Shown: positions 1 to 15,000 of the stretch, in pieces | Numbering within the stretch: position 1 is the stretch's first letter | Layout of the letters: every line of letters starts with the position of its first letter | Assembly: GCF_006345805.1 (NCBI RefSeq) | Contig: NC_043006.1 | Location: forward strand, 89,652,001-89,716,000 | DNA length: 64,000 bases | DNA from: Octopus sinensis | Lineage: Eukaryota | Direction: 5' to 3' | Program-made: the position numbers and the translations under genes | Notes under the pieces: generated by a model | Databases searched by the model: none | The model's input: the letters and a program-made list of their open reading frames with translations, nothing else | Told to the model about the DNA's origin: nothing

Positions 1-199
1 CACATACATGTTTCACTATAACCATATTACGTAATTTTACTTACGTGAATGTCCGAGATCATTGGTGTGACCACATAGTGGTTTCCCTCTAATATGTATA
101 TAATACAATTTTACTGAACCTTCAGTTTTTCTATATGCTAGACCACTGGTGTGAAATCGATGTTAATTAAATTAATATCTAATTTCTCACCCTCATTTT

Positions 200-364
<165 letters not shown>

Positions 365-366
365 GA

Positions 367-1510
367 ATGACCGAGTGGATAGGGATGCAATGTGCTGCAG
401 TTGTAGATGGTAGATTGCTGAGGGCTGTACAGAGTTTCTATAGGGAAAGTAAGGCATGCATTAGGGTGGGTAGTGAAGTAAGTGAATGGTTTGATGTGAA
501 GGTGGGGTTAAGACAAGGTTGTGTAATGTCTCTGTGGGTACTTAACCTATATATGGATGGTGTGGTGAAAGAGGTGAATGCTAGAACCCTCGGTAGGGGA
601 GCCCAAATGGTGGGAGAAAATGGAGAGAAATGGCAGGCGAGTCAGTTGTTGTTTGCTGATGATACAGCACTGGTGGTGGATTTGGAAGAGCAACTGAAGA
701 GACTGGTGATAGAGTTTGGAAGAGCTGTGTGAGAGGAGGAAACTAAAATTAAAATGTAGCTAAGAGTAAGGTGATGAGATGTTTGAGAGATGGAATGGCT
801 GGTAGGATGGATGTGAGTATAAATGGTGAGATGTTAGAGGAGGTGAGTGTTTTTAAGTATCTGGGGTCACATGTGATGGTGGATGGGGCGTTGGCTGAGG
901 AGGTGGGATACGGAGTGAAGGAGGGGAGTAAAATACTTGAAGTTGTGAAAGGTATGCTGAGAGATAAAAGGTTAGTATGAAAGCGAAAAGAGGTGTGTAT
1001 GAGGGCATGACTGTGCTGACAATGTTATACGGTGCAGAGACGTGGGGACTGAGAGAGGCAGAAAAGAGGCAACTAGATGTGTTTGAGGGATATGGTGGGT
1101 GTGACATGGATGGACAGGATGAGGAATGAAGAAGTGCGCAGACAAGCAGGAATGAAAGGAAAACAACCAAATTGGATAGACAAATGTTGAGGTGGTTTGG
1201 CCACATGGAGAGGATGGATGAGGAGTGGATGGTAAAGAGGGTGATGAAGGCAGAAGTGGTAGACAGCAGAACCAGAGGCAGACCTTGGTTTGTGTGGATG
1301 GATGGAGTGAGGAAAGCTTTGATGGTCAGAGGTGTTGAAGTGAGAGAGGCAAGAGAGATTATAAATGATAGGAAAGGTTGGAGAATGTTTGTGGACAGAT
1401 GAGTGAATTTGATGTTGCTCAAAGGGGTATGGAACCAGCTTGATGCGGCAGGAATAACCCAACATATGCTGTCGGATCCTGCTACTGATACTGGGGGTTG
1501 CATTCTATGC
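367..1510 (+). mobile_element. 5'-truncated RTE-clade LINE (RT C-terminal half), frameshifted
   Basis: GLRQGCVMS (RT motif B'), LLFADD (motif C), FKYLGS, LRWFGHMERM and RGRP motifs across 367-732, 771-980 and 1172-1402. Confidence 0.88.
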
Positions 1511-1623
1511 CTTGACCTGAGCATAAAACAGGGCTCGCTTCTTTGAGCTGGGAAATAAATGGAATGCTTGGTGTCTTGTTGTGGCTACCCCCTCCCAAAA
1601 AGAAAATGAGGAATAAGCCTGGG

Positions 1624-1660
<37 letters not shown>

Positions 1661-1770
1661 AAATTAATAAAATATTTTGTATTATTTTTTAGTCATGGGA
1701 TAAGGCAGTGCCTGTGGCCCAAATAATGCCTCTGAGATTAACAAAAAGATTATATATATATATATATATA

Positions 1771-2045
1771 TCACCGTGACCGACCAGGCTATCAGATGTT
1801 GCTACACACCGCTTATCACAAGTGACGCTACCCCGCTGGCTAAGCGGGCAGGCCAACAGAAGAAAGAGTGATAGAAGTTGTGGCGAAAGAGTACAGCAGG
1901 GGTCGCCACCACCCCCTGCCAGAGCCTCGTGGAGCTTTAGGTGTTTTCACTCAATAAACACTCACAACGCCCGGTCTGGGAATCGAAACCGCGATCCTAC
2001 GCCCGCGAGTCCGCTGCCCTAACCACTTGGCCATTGTGCCTCCAC
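1771..2045 (-). mobile_element. tRNA-derived SINE
   Basis: Minus strand begins GGAGGCACAATGGCCAAGTGGTTAGG (A-box-like) then GGTTTCGATTCCC (B-box-like); 3' end abuts (TA)n. Confidence 0.8.
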
Positions 2046-2229
2046 CTATGTACATAAGTTTTTTATTGACTGTCAAGGACAAAAACTGTAGCTGGGCTGA
2101 GTGGGATTTGAACTCAGAGCTCAGTGAGTCAAAATAGATACTGCTAGATACTCTATCTACTACCCTAATGACTCACCCAATTCATCACCACTACTACAAC
2201 TGTTGTTGTTGTTATTCCACTGCGAATGC

Positions 2230-2430
2230 ATGCTAATTTAATTAGCAGTCTGAGGTTTGGTGACATGTCTCCTCAAATCTCAAAAATCTTTCTTAAGTCT
2301 CTAGTAGAGTACAGGATTGTACATATTGGCAGTCAACAATGTGAGTTTCAATTCCAATACCTTTTATTCTCTTCCAAATTTTTGCAACAAAGCATTTTGA
2401 AAAAATTATCCAAAGGTTTGGAGTAGCTGG
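2230..2430 (-). mobile_element. Decayed 3' end of an RLE (R4/Dong-like) LINE
   Basis: Minus frame reads ...IGIETHIVDCQYVQSCTLLET*ERFLR, resembling the QKxALLGTARILR terminus of other copies in the window. Confidence 0.4.
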
Positions 2431-5400
2431 GATAGTGTTGGATCAAGTCAAATCCCAGAGAAACATGAACAGTTCCTTTGACTGGCATCCACACATTTTC
2501 TGTGGACCAAATTTCATTCAAAAGGCTTTGATTGACCCACAGCTATAATAGGAGTCACTTACTTATAGAACTGCACTGAGGGGTCAAAGCCCAAATCATG
2601 AAGAAACATGGCCATCACTGTGAAACATCAAAGAAACTAACTAGAAAAAAATTTGTGGTAAGGAAGGAACAATACTAGTGATTCTTCTGGACATGTTTCT
2701 GTGATGTTAAACCTCAGTACATACTCCACAGCACTTGCCAAAGTAGTGATCAAAGAACCATTAAATAAATGTGCAAGAAGGTATTTATTTGGGAACAACA
2801 AACAAAAGTAGGAGAGTCTTAAGAAAAAACTGCTGTCAGTAAACGATCCCCACCCCACCCCAAAAATAAATATTGGACACTTTAAAACAGATAATTTTAT
2901 TTCAAAGAATCAAAGACAGGCATTGCTGTGTGGTTATGGAGTTCACTTTGTAACCATATGGTTGCAAGTGCTATCCCTGTGACTGGCACATTAAGGAAAT
3001 GACTTCTGCTATAGCCTTGGGTTGAAAAATGCTCTATGGGTAGAATTGGTGGGCATAAATTGCATAGAAATGTCATCACCATTGCTGCTTGCATGTGTCA
3101 GACTATGTTGGCACAGAGTTTCTAGATGTCCTTCCAAGTGAGTTAATAATCTCCCAGCCCAGACATGCTTTTGTGGTAGATTGCAAACAAAAACACTCTC
3201 AAGAAGCCATTGTTTACAAACCAGAGAAAGTAAGAGAAATACAAAATCAAACATACACCTTTTTATATGATGGGCTTTCCACGCAATTCCCATGTAGTAA
3301 TTTCAGTCACAAGAAATTGGTTGGCCCAGGGTTATAGTTGATGACACCCAAGGTGCCAGGCAGTGGAACTGAACCTAAGCTATGTGATTGCAAAGTGAGC
3401 TTCTTAAACACACAACCATGCCTGTGTGTGTGTGTGAGTTCATATTATCCTCGTTTTCATATCTGTTTGCCAATTGTAAACAATGGTTGCTTCACAGATG
3501 GTGTTGGACAATGTAATTTACTTGCAGTCTACTGTGAAAGCAGGTCAAAGCTTCTGAACATGTGTGTTCTTTGTAAACAAAAGGCTCATTCATGCAGTGT
3601 CGTTTCTTTCTAGTTCTTCATGTAAAAATGTCTGGGAAATTATTACTTTGCTTGGAATTTAGTGAGAGCTGGGACCAAAAGGGCATCTGACCATAGAGAA
3701 CACTGTCCCAGTGTACTCTTGTATGACCTATGCAAGCATAGAAAAGTAGATGTTAAATTGCTGCTGCTACTGCTGCTGCTGATGATGAGGAGGAGGAGGG
3801 GGAGGAGGGAGGAGGAGGAGTTGGAAGAAGAGGAGGAGGGCATAACTTAATGGCTAAAACTTTTGACTTACTTCTATAAGACACTCTGTTGGAACCCTTT
3901 TGTCTCAGTCCTATGAAATTCATTTTTTTTAACTCTTTCACCACAAACCCAGTTATTACTGCTTTCCTTTGTTTCTGTGTCCCCTATTCCATGCTCACAT
4001 AGCTTTGACAAGGACTCATTTGAAGACTTACTGCAGGATGTTCTTCCTGCCATCCCCAAATTCTTAAATTTGAGGTTTTTATTCCTCTTGTTCTTACAAA
4101 TAGGTATCAAGTATCAGAAATGGAAATATGGCATTACCATTTTTCTCAGGCTGTATAGCATGAAGCTACATCCCCTCCTGACATACACATACAAACATAT
4201 ATGAATGGTTTCTTTCAGTTTCCAATTGTTAAATCCATTCACAAGGTTTGTAATGGAACTGAACTCAAAACCACATGATTGGAAAGCAAACTTTTAACCA
4301 CACAGCTATGCCTGTGACAAAACTGATAATGGATATCTAGAGAAGTTCCTTTCATATGAATGAAGTAATTCAATTAATTTTTCTTCAGGAAAAAATAACA
4401 AATACTGCTATATAATTATCCCATTATATATATTATAAGAAAGGAATAAACAAGTAAACAACACCACTATTAAATTTATAAATATTTATTACAGAGAATA
4501 TACCAACAAACAAAAACAAAAAAATAAATGAAGCTGATTCATTATTATCATTTCTTTTTGTATTAATTCACATCTAATATGGTAAAAAAATTTTGACAGA
4601 ATTTTACTATCTTTAAATCCATTAGCAGCAGAATGAAAAGAAGCAAAGAAATCGATATTCTATAACTCTTTCCAACTTTCTTCTGAGAATTTAAGAACAA
4701 AATTCCTATTCTGCATTATCGAAATCCAGAGGAATATTTCAGTGTAAACTCTGCTAAATTTTTCAATATTTTTGAAGAATATCATCCATGACTTTGAATT
4801 GAAATGAAATGAATTGGAAAAAAAGCAAATAAATCAATGAATATTTTCTTACTAAATGCATGAAATATTAGATGGAGTGGAACAAATAATTACTTGGTAG
4901 ACTGCAAGAAATATTTCTATTAGAAACTTTGCAGCATTAAAAGAACAAGAAATGATACTAAACAACATTCAAGCATTCAATATGGTTGCCAGCAAGTGCA
5001 TTTGAATAGGAAACAAATCCAGCAGAGTGGAAAGTGCATGCTTCATTTGAGATGTAATTGAGTGACCAATACGCTCTCCAATGAGCTGGCTGCACTAACC
5101 TCATCAATCATAGAAAAATGTGTGAGTCTGAAAATAGATCATCAATTTAAGTAAAACTCTTTGGTGATAAGAAGAAGATGGCGAAGAATCTTACAGTTGA
5201 TTTGAGCAGTTAGGTCATGGAAGTTGATCTTTCAGACAAGTTAAGGCAACTATACACAGATGGTAACATTAGAGTATCATGAGTTACTGAACATTCTTTT
5301 CAATATCTTGGTCACCATCTAAAAATACTGATCATAGAAAGAGCTTTCTTTATTTTAGCATCTCATCAATGAGACGGAGATAAAAAAACAAAAAATCTTA

Positions 5401-5779
5401 AGACAAATGGTACTATTATTTAAAAACACTTTAGAAACAACAAAAGAAAAATTTAAGCAAAGAAATGGAAATGAAATTTGATGTCATGTTACATTGTTGG
5501 TATTAATGTCTAATAACTGAAATATACTTTGACACATATTGTAACTAGTACAAGGTAACAGCAACAACAACAATAATTATTATTTCTGATTTAGGTAGAA
5601 GGCCAGAATGAAGGAAGAATGTTGGTTGGTTGTATCAACCCAGCGCTAGTATTTTATTTTATTGAACCCGATGAGAATGTCAAAAGCTTGAAGAAATAGC
5701 ACAAAATAGATTTTCAATGGTCAATTCTTCAAGCTTACTGCCCTAACAACAGCAACAGCAACAACAAAAAAAAAAAGAT

Positions 5780-6580
5780 GATATTCACAAGGTAAAGGTA
5801 TTCAGCACAGAAAAATGAAGGGGAAAATTTGAAAGGAGAAATACAAAGAACTGCATAGAAGCTACCTGTTGATAGAATATTGCTTCAATGCCATCAACTG
5901 GAACCTTGCTGGGCTACAAAGAATGGATGTAAACTATAAATAAAAAGCATTATCCAAAGGTGGATATAAACTACCTCCAGCTACCAGGGAAATGAGGCAG
6001 AAGAGGGATGATCCAACTAGAAGTCGCATATAAAGCAGAAATGGTCTGCAAAAATACTTAAGTTAAGACCAGTGATTGGATGGTGATATTGGTGAAAAGC
6101 CAAGGACCCCAGAAGAAGTTCCATTCTATAAACAAAAAAGCTGAGAAATATGGAGCAGTGTATAGAATGACAACAAAAACCACTTCTCCATGGCCAATAC
6201 TATCTCCACATCCAGGAGCTGATGTATACCAACCAAAAACCCATCAGTGGCTGCAGAGTTCAGAGCTGAAGGCAGAAACCGAGGGATTCATTCTTGCTGT
6301 ACAGAATCAGAGTGCAATACACACAGAAGCTAACATCCTCAAAAATGGAGCAAACCCCAAGTGCAGAGTTTCTGATGCTCACAATGAAACAATTGACTAT
6401 ATGCTATCTGGATGCTTAACCCTCACTTCAACTGAAGATAAACCTAGACATGACAGAGTTGGCCAATACATTCACTGGACTTTCTGCAAAAGCCTGTGCT
6501 GAACATATTCAGAATCTGATATGAAAACTAGCCAAAACCAGTAGTTGAAAGTAACAGCATTACCATTCTTTGAGACTTTA
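5780..6580 (+). mobile_element. R4/Dong-like RLE LINE fragment
   Basis: WLQSSELKAETEGFILAVQNQ, degenerate CCHC and RHDRVGQYIHW match the copy at 28758-29537. Confidence 0.8.
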
Positions 6581-6588
6581 CAGCATAT

Positions 6589-7380
6589 ATAAGGTAGTAT
6601 CAAAAAAGTTCTCAGACTAGTTATGTTTAATAAAAAATGATTTATCTACCAAATTTTTAACACCATCTCCTTTGAAATAGTCACATAATGCAGCAATACA
6701 GAGGTCCCAGCATTGGTGCCATGTTTGGAATCTGACCTGGAAGTCATTTGCTTTAAGTGAGCCAAGGACCATAAGTGAGTCGAGGACCTTGATCTTAATA
6801 ATGGTGTTAAAACAGCAATCTTTGAGCTGTATTTTCCTCTAGGGAAGGAAAGAGATGGAAGTCCTCAGGTGCTAAATGTCGCAAACAGGGTGAGTGTGTA
6901 AGTGATACGATGTTGCTTTTGGTGAGAAGCTCATGAGTGAAACGAGCTCAGTGACAGGGTGCATTGTTGTCATGAAGAATCCGGACATTAGAATTGCCTG
7001 CTCGGACACACATGACTGACCAACAACATCACCAATGTCATTGATTGTACTCCAACGATCCTCAGGCACAAGATGATGAATTTTCTCCACCTTTCCAGGG
7101 GTGACACACATGGCAGGTCTTCTAGAAGATAAATTATCGTCTTCTAGGGAAGTTCTTCTGCTTTTGAAGTGCTCATACCACTTGAAACACTGTGTACGGC
7201 CCATTGCTTCATCACCATAAGCATGCTCAATGTCTCTGCAGTAGACTTCCCAAGGTTAACGCAAAATTTCATGTTGGTTCTTTGTCCCTGTCCATGACAA
7301 AATCACTGACCACAGCATAGACATGATCAAAGCAACACAAATTTTACAACTTGTGAAGTAGACACAGTGATGTCACTCAG
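6589..7380 (-). mobile_element. Mariner transposon relic, internally deleted
   Basis: MGRTQCFKWYEHFKSRRTSLEDD..SRRP (mariner HTH) at 6872-7204; C-terminal-like DYFKGDG near 6660; one TIR-like end at ~6589. Confidence 0.75.
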
Positions 7381-7841
7381 GTCAATGCCTCATGGAGGTC
7401 ACTGAAACCATGTGGCTGTGGAGTGAATTTGTTCACCATACAGTCATGCCTGTGTCTGCATACATGAATGGATGCATACATTCATACATACATACATACA
7501 TATATGTGTGTGCATGTGTGTGTGGGTATGTATGTATTTGAATTTAATGTAACATCTATGACAAATATTTTTTATTTGGTGTCATTTAAAGAAATATTTT
7601 GCAATTCACTATCTGATTTACAGTTATGAATATGTTTATTTATTTCCTTTTGTTGTATAGACTTGAGGGAGTTTCCAGTAACAATTTGCCATCTATCATG
7701 TCTGCGAAAGAGTAATAAAGAAAACTGAATCAATATTACCAGTATATTTCAGAATATTGGTTAGAAACGAAAATTTAATATTTCATTACAGAACAAAATA
7801 TGCGCACAATTAGATTTGCGTGTGTGTGTATGTGTGCATGC

Positions 7842-7998
<157 letters not shown>

Positions 7999-8159
7999 TT
8001 TGTTTAGTGTTAACTGGCAGAAAAAGAGTATTCAACACCATAGTAGAGATTACTAATATATTTCATAGTGTTTGAGTCAGTCTCTTACTGCTCAGATTCT
8101 CCTCTGTAGGTGACTCAATGCCATAAGCTTGCCTAAAGATATAGGTTAAAGTAGTGAGG

Positions 8160-9616
8160 AAAGGCAAACAATTAGATGAGGTGTGACACTACCATCAAGG
8201 AGCTTGATTCACAAGAAAGCTATAAATAGCTGGGGATAAACGAAGATGGTATACGTGCTACTATGAAGGAAGAAATAAGAAAGGAATATTACAGGAGAAT
8301 AAGACTCATACTAAAAACTGAACTCAACTCCAAAAATTGCAATGAAGCCATTAACACCCTGGCACTTCCAGTAGTCAAATATAGTTTTAACATCATTAAC
8401 TGGAATCTCACAGAGCTTCAATGTATGAACAGGAAGACAAGAAGACTACTAACATCTAAGGATATGGCACCACCCAGAAGCAGACGTTGATCGTCTGTAC
8501 CTACCTAGACTAAATGGGGAAAGAAGAATGATGTAGGTAGAACTGTGCTATAACACTTCTACAAGAGCAATGAACTGGTACTAATCTAGTACAGAGGAGT
8601 GGTCACTGCAGCTTGTATGCAAACACGAAAGCAGCAAAAAGTCACATTCCAATGTCAAGGAAGCTTGGAAATTCACAAGGGAACTTCACATTAATCCTGA
8701 AATAGTTGATGAACCTGAAACCACTGCCACAAAAGTAGCAAAATGGATCAAGCAGACTGCAAAAAAGAACAAGCAGAAACAAAGATTGAGGTGTGATGGA
8801 ACCAGAAGCCTCTTCATGGACAGTATATACTCCAAAGCCAAGATGCTGATGTAGACCAAGCAACAACCCATCAGTGGTTGAGAAGCTCAGGACTGAAAGG
8901 AGAGACTGAAGGTTTCATATTGGTAGCACAAGATCAAAGCTTGCTTACCAAAAACTACCAGGCTAATGTTCTTTAAAACAGTTCTGATCCTAAGTTCAGA
9001 TTCTGTGACACATTTGACAAAATATCTCATCACAGCATGTCCTGTGCTGACACTAAACAATTACAAAAATTGCCACGATAGGGTAGGACAGTATTTACAT
9101 TGGAAAATATGTAAACACAACAAAATCAGTACTCCTGCTTACTAGTATGAACATCATCCTGAGCCAGTCGTTGAAGGTAAAAATGTCCCTATCCTCTTGG
9201 ATTTTCCAGTCAACATTGACAGAACAATCCAGGCTACTTGACCAGACATAGTCATTAAAGATAGGAAAGAAAAATACTAGTAGATTAATGTAGCATCTTA
9301 AAGCAAGAACTGTTCCTGTTATTGCGGGTGCCCTAGGTACAATAAGAAAAGGATGTCAGAAACATCAAGATAATATCCCAGGAGAACCATATCTCAGAGA
9401 AATCTAAAAGATTATGTTGACAAGTAATGCCCACATCATTAGAAAACCCCATCAATTTAAACGTCTGTGTTGTATTACATGAAGGTATTTCAATACTACC
9501 CCTGCCACTTCCCCTCCTCAAGCTTTCAGTCATACTGTAACATCTCTTATCCTTCACTTGCCCTAGGATGCTGGGTGTGTCTCAACAAGTGATAGTAACA
9601 AATATGCAGATATAAA

Positions 9617-9620
<4 letters not shown>
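8160..9620 (+). mobile_element. R4/Dong-like RLE LINE, 5'-truncated and decayed, ending in (AAT)n
   Basis: KEEIRKEYYRRIRLILKTELNSKN, WLRSSGLKGETEGF, HDRVGQYLHW and endonuclease region; followed by an AAT tract at ~9618-9676. Confidence 0.85.
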
Positions 9621-9653
<33 letters not shown>

Positions 9654-9677
9654 TAATAATAATAATAATAATAATAG

Positions 9678-10062
9678 TTGGCCAGATATAGTTATATAGT
9701 TGTCTGAGATCACCAAGTAAAAATGACCAATGCTTCTCTAAAAGAAATGGAGAAACTTTGAAAGTACAAAGATCTGAAAATAGAGGTAACTCAAATTTGG
9801 AGCCTAAAAAACAAAAACAATTCCTATTATAGTAGGCACATTAGGTATGATAAAAAAAACATATTCAGACAAGCACATAACAAAAACACCAGGACTTGCA
9901 AGTATATATAACATGCAGAAAATAGCACCGCTAGGCACCAGAGACATCCTACATAAAGCACTTTCAATACAGTGAAAATAAGAGCATCACAACAAACCAC
10001 AGTGCATACTCAAGGCACACAGAATTGTGCTCAGTAGTGCAGTGAAAGCAAATAAGACTACT
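9678..10062 (+). mobile_element. 3' fragment of the Dong-like family seen at 27714-29635
   Basis: Clear nucleotide similarity to 29220-29635 including the 3' UTR; flanked on both sides by (AAT)n. Confidence 0.85.
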
Positions 10063-10081
10063 GTATAATAATAATAATCAT

Positions 10082-10297
10082 CATTTCTATTATAAGCACA
10101 AGGCCTGAAATTTGGGGGGGAGGGTGTTAGTTGATTATATCAACCCCAGTGTTTAAATGATACTAAATATATTGAGCCCAGAAGTATGTAAGGCAAAGTC
10201 AACCGCAGTGGAATCTGAACTCAGAATGTAACAAACGGTGAAATACTGCTAAGCATTTCATCCAGCATGCTAACAATTCTGCCAGCTCACTGCCTTA

Positions 10298-10365
<68 letters not shown>

Positions 10366-10776
10366 TTACTTCTACTAAAGGCACAAGGCCCAAAATTTGG
10401 GGGAGGATGATTAGTCAATTACATTGACCCCAGTGTTTCACTGACAGTTAATTTATTGATCCTGAAAGAATGAAAGGCAAAGTCTACCTTGGTGGAATTT
10501 GAACGTAAAGATGCTAAGCATTTTGTCCAATGTGCTAATGTTTCTGCCAACTTGCCGCCACAATGATAATGATGATGATGATGAAGAAGAAAATCAAAAT
10601 GTGCCAACAATTTTAGTGAATCAACCTCAGTACTCAACTGGTACCTATTTTATTGACCCTAACAGGATGAAAGGCAAAGTCAGCCTCATGGTAATCAGAA
10701 TTTGGAATGTAAAGTCAGAAGAAATGCTACTAAGCGTTTTGCCTGATGTGCTCAGATTTCAGTCAACCAACCACCT
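10082..10776 (-). mobile_element. Three consecutive Meta-type tRNA-derived SINE copies (10082-10296, ~10367-10560, ~10615-10776) separated by AAT/GAT tracts
   Basis: Each carries the reverse complement of GCCTTTCATCCT..GGGTCAATAAA..AGTACCAG (Meta-domain-like) and a tRNA-like head. Confidence 0.75.
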
Positions 10777-11238
10777 TAACAACAACAACTACAATACTAA
10801 TAATATAATAATGTGTGTGTGTGTGTGTGTGTGTGTGCGTGCGTGCATGTATTTGTATGCATGAGTTTGTATTTTCCTTGTCTACATGTGAGTGTGTCCA
10901 TTCACTGGTTGTAAACAATGCTTTCACTAAAGGTGCCCCTTACTTTTGCTGTCCACCTCAGAAGCATATCCGGGCTCCACGATATGTCATGATAGGCTGC
11001 ATAAGTTTTGCAAACAAAAGGCTCGATCATACAGTGTCATTTAATTCCAGTTTCCCATGTAAAAAAGTCTGAGCTGTTTGTTGTATGGTAGACAGGGAGA
11101 TTGCTACAGACAACTCTACCACCAAATACTTTCATCTGATCCAAATGAGGGAAAGGAGACATTAAAATGATGATGATGATATGCACCTATACATAAATTA
11201 TGCATCTTTTAAATATCTTATATATATATAAATATGTC

Positions 11239-11282
<44 letters not shown>

Positions 11283-11390
11283 CACACACACAATTATATA
11301 TACATAGATATATATATATTTTAAGCAAGTCTTTTTCAAATTCTAATAAAGTAAGCAATACTTCAGAAAAAAAAGAGTTAAATATTTTTG

Positions 11391-11539
11391 TTTATTAAAG
11401 ACTGGCCTCCAGAGTTATAATTCCGTTTCAACGGTCTTTAAAATTATATATTCACCCTCTGAACTGATTTACTTATTGGCTTTGAAAAACCATGAGCACT
11501 GGAGTGGAATTGTAACTCTATAAGCCAATCTTTAATAAA
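11391..11539. mobile_element. Small MITE-like inverted repeat (34-bp arms, 5 mismatches)
   Basis: 11391-11424 is the imperfect reverse complement of 11506-11539. Confidence 0.5.
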
Positions 11540-11688
11540 TCATATATGTACACATATATACGTATATATATTTATATATATATATATATATTAACATGCA
11601 CACACATACATGTGTGTGTATATATATATATATATATATAAATAGTTATCGCCATACTTTTAGAGAGACTTAGTAATTTTAATATTTC

Positions 11689-11741
<53 letters not shown>

Positions 11742-11980
11742 TTTGATGTGCATGTGTGTGGATGTATGAATGTGTATGTGTGCTTATGTAAAATGATAAG
11801 AGACGACAAAGGGGAAGAGAGAAAGATGACAGTGGAAGAGAGAGAGAGAGAGAAAGAGAGAGGAAGCTAAGGGAGAGAACAACAGAAGAGAGTGAGAGGG
11901 TAATATAAGAGTAGTTAAATTTTAACAAATGGAGAAACAGGATGGGGAATAAAAGTAGCACTCTGCCTCCCGTATAAATA

Positions 11981-12013
<33 letters not shown>

Positions 12014-15000
12014 TGGAGGGAGAGAGAGAGAGAGGGAGAGAGATATAAAAGAAATGGAGAAGAGCAAAGGTTTGTTTTGATACGTAGCTTATATCTGCCA
12101 TATTTTATTCCTGTTCTTGCATCAGAGGGATGGCACAAAGGAAGAATAGAATTCAATTCGCTATAACATACTTGTACATTAAACAGAATCTTATCTATAC
12201 ATAGCAGTAGTGAAAGACTGAATCAATACAAGAGAGGGGGAGGAAGAGAGAGAAAATAAAAGAAAAAGAGAGTAGAATACTGAGTGAGAGAAGCGTTGAG
12301 AATGGGATAGTAAGTGAAAAGAAAAGAAAGAAAAGGTGAGAGAAATCAATAAATGTAGATCAATAAGAAAATAATGAAGTTTAAACTTTACTTCACAATG
12401 ATTGTTTTTATTGCTGGAGGCATTGTTGTTGCTGTTGGTCTTATCGAAATACTCCCGTCAGGTTTGCTTAGGGAAAAAATTATGGGCACTCAATAGGATA
12501 GGTAATTAGACCAAATGTTACAGAAGATTTTACTTCTCTACATGTCATCATTGATGTACCTAAATGTAACCCTCCCATCTTTAATATAGGGCCTGCGACC
12601 TTAGCATTTAAAGACTTAAATACAGGACTTAAACCATCTGGTAGGGATATTTGTAGGCACAGCATTCTAGGTCTTAAATTTAATGATTTAATCATATGAC
12701 AGGGATGTTTGTTGTAGTGTTTTAAGATTTAAAGCATGTGGTACAATATATTTACTGAGAAAGATTTAGTTTCACTGAGATGTTGTTGATGATGATTAGC
12801 TCTGATCCACCAGAACTGATCAAATGGGATTCCAGTTGTAAAATCCATCTCATCTTTCAAGGATCACCTTATCTACTGTGTTCCTTTTTGTTTTAAGATT
12901 GAAGAATAGGATTTGAGGCATATTTGACTGCTATTTCAAGCAGGTCATATGACTATATAAATCACTTGTGAACAAATTTGCTGTTTAGCCCTTGGTCAAC
13001 CCTGACTGTGCAGGCCTGAGATCAAAAGCATTCCAGCTGTGACCATCCTGTCTTTTTCCTATTTGCAATGATCATATAACCATGTAAGTTCACATGTCCT
13101 TGTTTTAAGATATGAGGCAGGTGTGGCTGCTACATCTAACAGACCTAACCACCACAAACCCGATCTCGCATTGGTTCATTATTAGCTTGTACAAATAAAT
13201 AGACAGGAACAGTTTGACAGGACTATGCTTAGATTTTCAGCAGACGCCTCAGATAGCATTTTTATCTGGTGTTCTTCCTACCACAGATAACTGTGGTTGT
13301 TCAATATGATTGAGTATTGGGCATACTGTCATGTTGTCGGAATCATAAGGATGCCTTCCTCACACTCATATTTGGGTATTTTAAACATGGTGTAGCCAAC
13401 CTCTCTCTCTCTCTCTGTCAAACCACAGAGAATGAGAGAGAGAGAGTGAGAGAGAGAGAGAGAAAGAGAGAGTGAGAGGAAGAGTGTAAAATATAATGAC
13501 AAATTCCTTTCAGTACCTGACATTGTATTGAATGAATGAAAAAACAGTTGACATTGATGGGATTTGAACTCAGGGCACAGAATGCCAGAATGACTACTTC
13601 AATATATTCTAAGTAATGCGCTAAGAATCCTGTCGAATCCCCAAGTAACAACTGGCAGGTATTTAATGCATGGAATATGCTTGGATGGGGTTCAAAGGCA
13701 AGGGGAGGTAATCCTTTCTTTTCTCACCAGTGAGTGTTGCTAAGTAAACCATCACCAATGTTGCTAATTGCACTTAGCAGATCATTATCTACTAAGTCAT
13801 TATCTCCGGTGTTAACATTTCCTTTATTTACATTTGACAGCAGTTCATTATAAGAAACTATTTGAAATATCTCATCTTGTCAATCGGCTTCTACTATTTG
13901 GTTATTAATAACCAAATTTTGAATATGTTTTCATAATGATGCCTTTAATGGACTTATGTCTGCAAGTTTATTTGAAGTATGATAATTTTTTTTGTTTTTA
14001 TTCCAGTTGGTGAATTTGTTTCATATTAAAATTTTGTATGAAGTCACTTCTTTTTACCCTCTTAATACATTTTGTTTGATTTTTAAATTTAAAAATTTAA
14101 AACATAATAAAAAGAAAAGAAAAACAGTTTTCATTAGGAGCAGTGTTATATATTTTTTAATATAAAAATGAGAAATTTAAAAGCAAATATTTGAACAGCA
14201 TTGTTAAAAACAACAACATTGTGTAATTCCTTCTGTCAAATATAATTCTTCAGAAAAGAACAAGTATTATCAATGTATTCTGTTTTTAATTTAATTATTT
14301 CTTCTCAATTCAATTTAGCTGTTTTCAAGTTATTTAAGAGATTGCACTTGTGTAGATAATGCAACACTTAAGGGACATTGATAATTGAACAAGACAAGTT
14401 TACATATTTTCAGTTAATAATCTCATTACTTAATTTCAACAGGAATAATCCTTTACAGGAGTCTTCCCCACCACGACCTCTCCTCCCGCTCATCCTTCCA
14501 CACCTTCTCTTCAGGCTAAAAAATTATTCTCAATTTTCAGTTTTCCAGGAAGCAAACAAATGTATCTGCCAATAATTTCCCAAACATATATTTAGATATT
14601 GTTGAGCAAACAGACAACTGACTAAAATCATTATTATTATTATTATTATTATATAACATATTGAATTCTTCAGGCTGGAATTACCTATTAAAGATATTTA
14701 TATTGGAGTATTAGAGTGGATGGGGATGGGGGGAGGATATTTTTAAATCCTTCATTTACTGATGAAGTAATTTTAATTACACATAATTTTATGAGTTAAA
14801 ATAAACAAAAGACACTAGAACGCCATCCCTCTCCACCGCCATTAATACAAAAATAGTGAAGAACATAATCCAGCCAAAATCTATTTCACAAAGACACAAA
14901 TATTAAAGTAAACAATATTCTTGAAAAAAATTTTCTTCTTTTTTTTTTTGGTTTTTCAAAGAATTTCATTCTAGTTGCTTTCTTTGAAATGATTTCTCAA

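Noticed and set aside
120-165. AGACC-ACT-GGTGT-GAAATCGAT, a hammerhead-like right half
   Set aside because: No recognisable left core and G at position 17; too degenerate to call.
3643-3944. Poly-Ser/Glu/Leu ORFs (also 21031-21243, 25209-25487, 60502-60822)
   Set aside because: Trinucleotide microsatellites.
12374-12496. ORF MKFKLYFTMIVFIAGGIVVAVGLIEILPS resembling a signal anchor
   Set aside because: It stops after 40 codons, has only a weak donor and no compatible next exon; the opposite strand is equally open.
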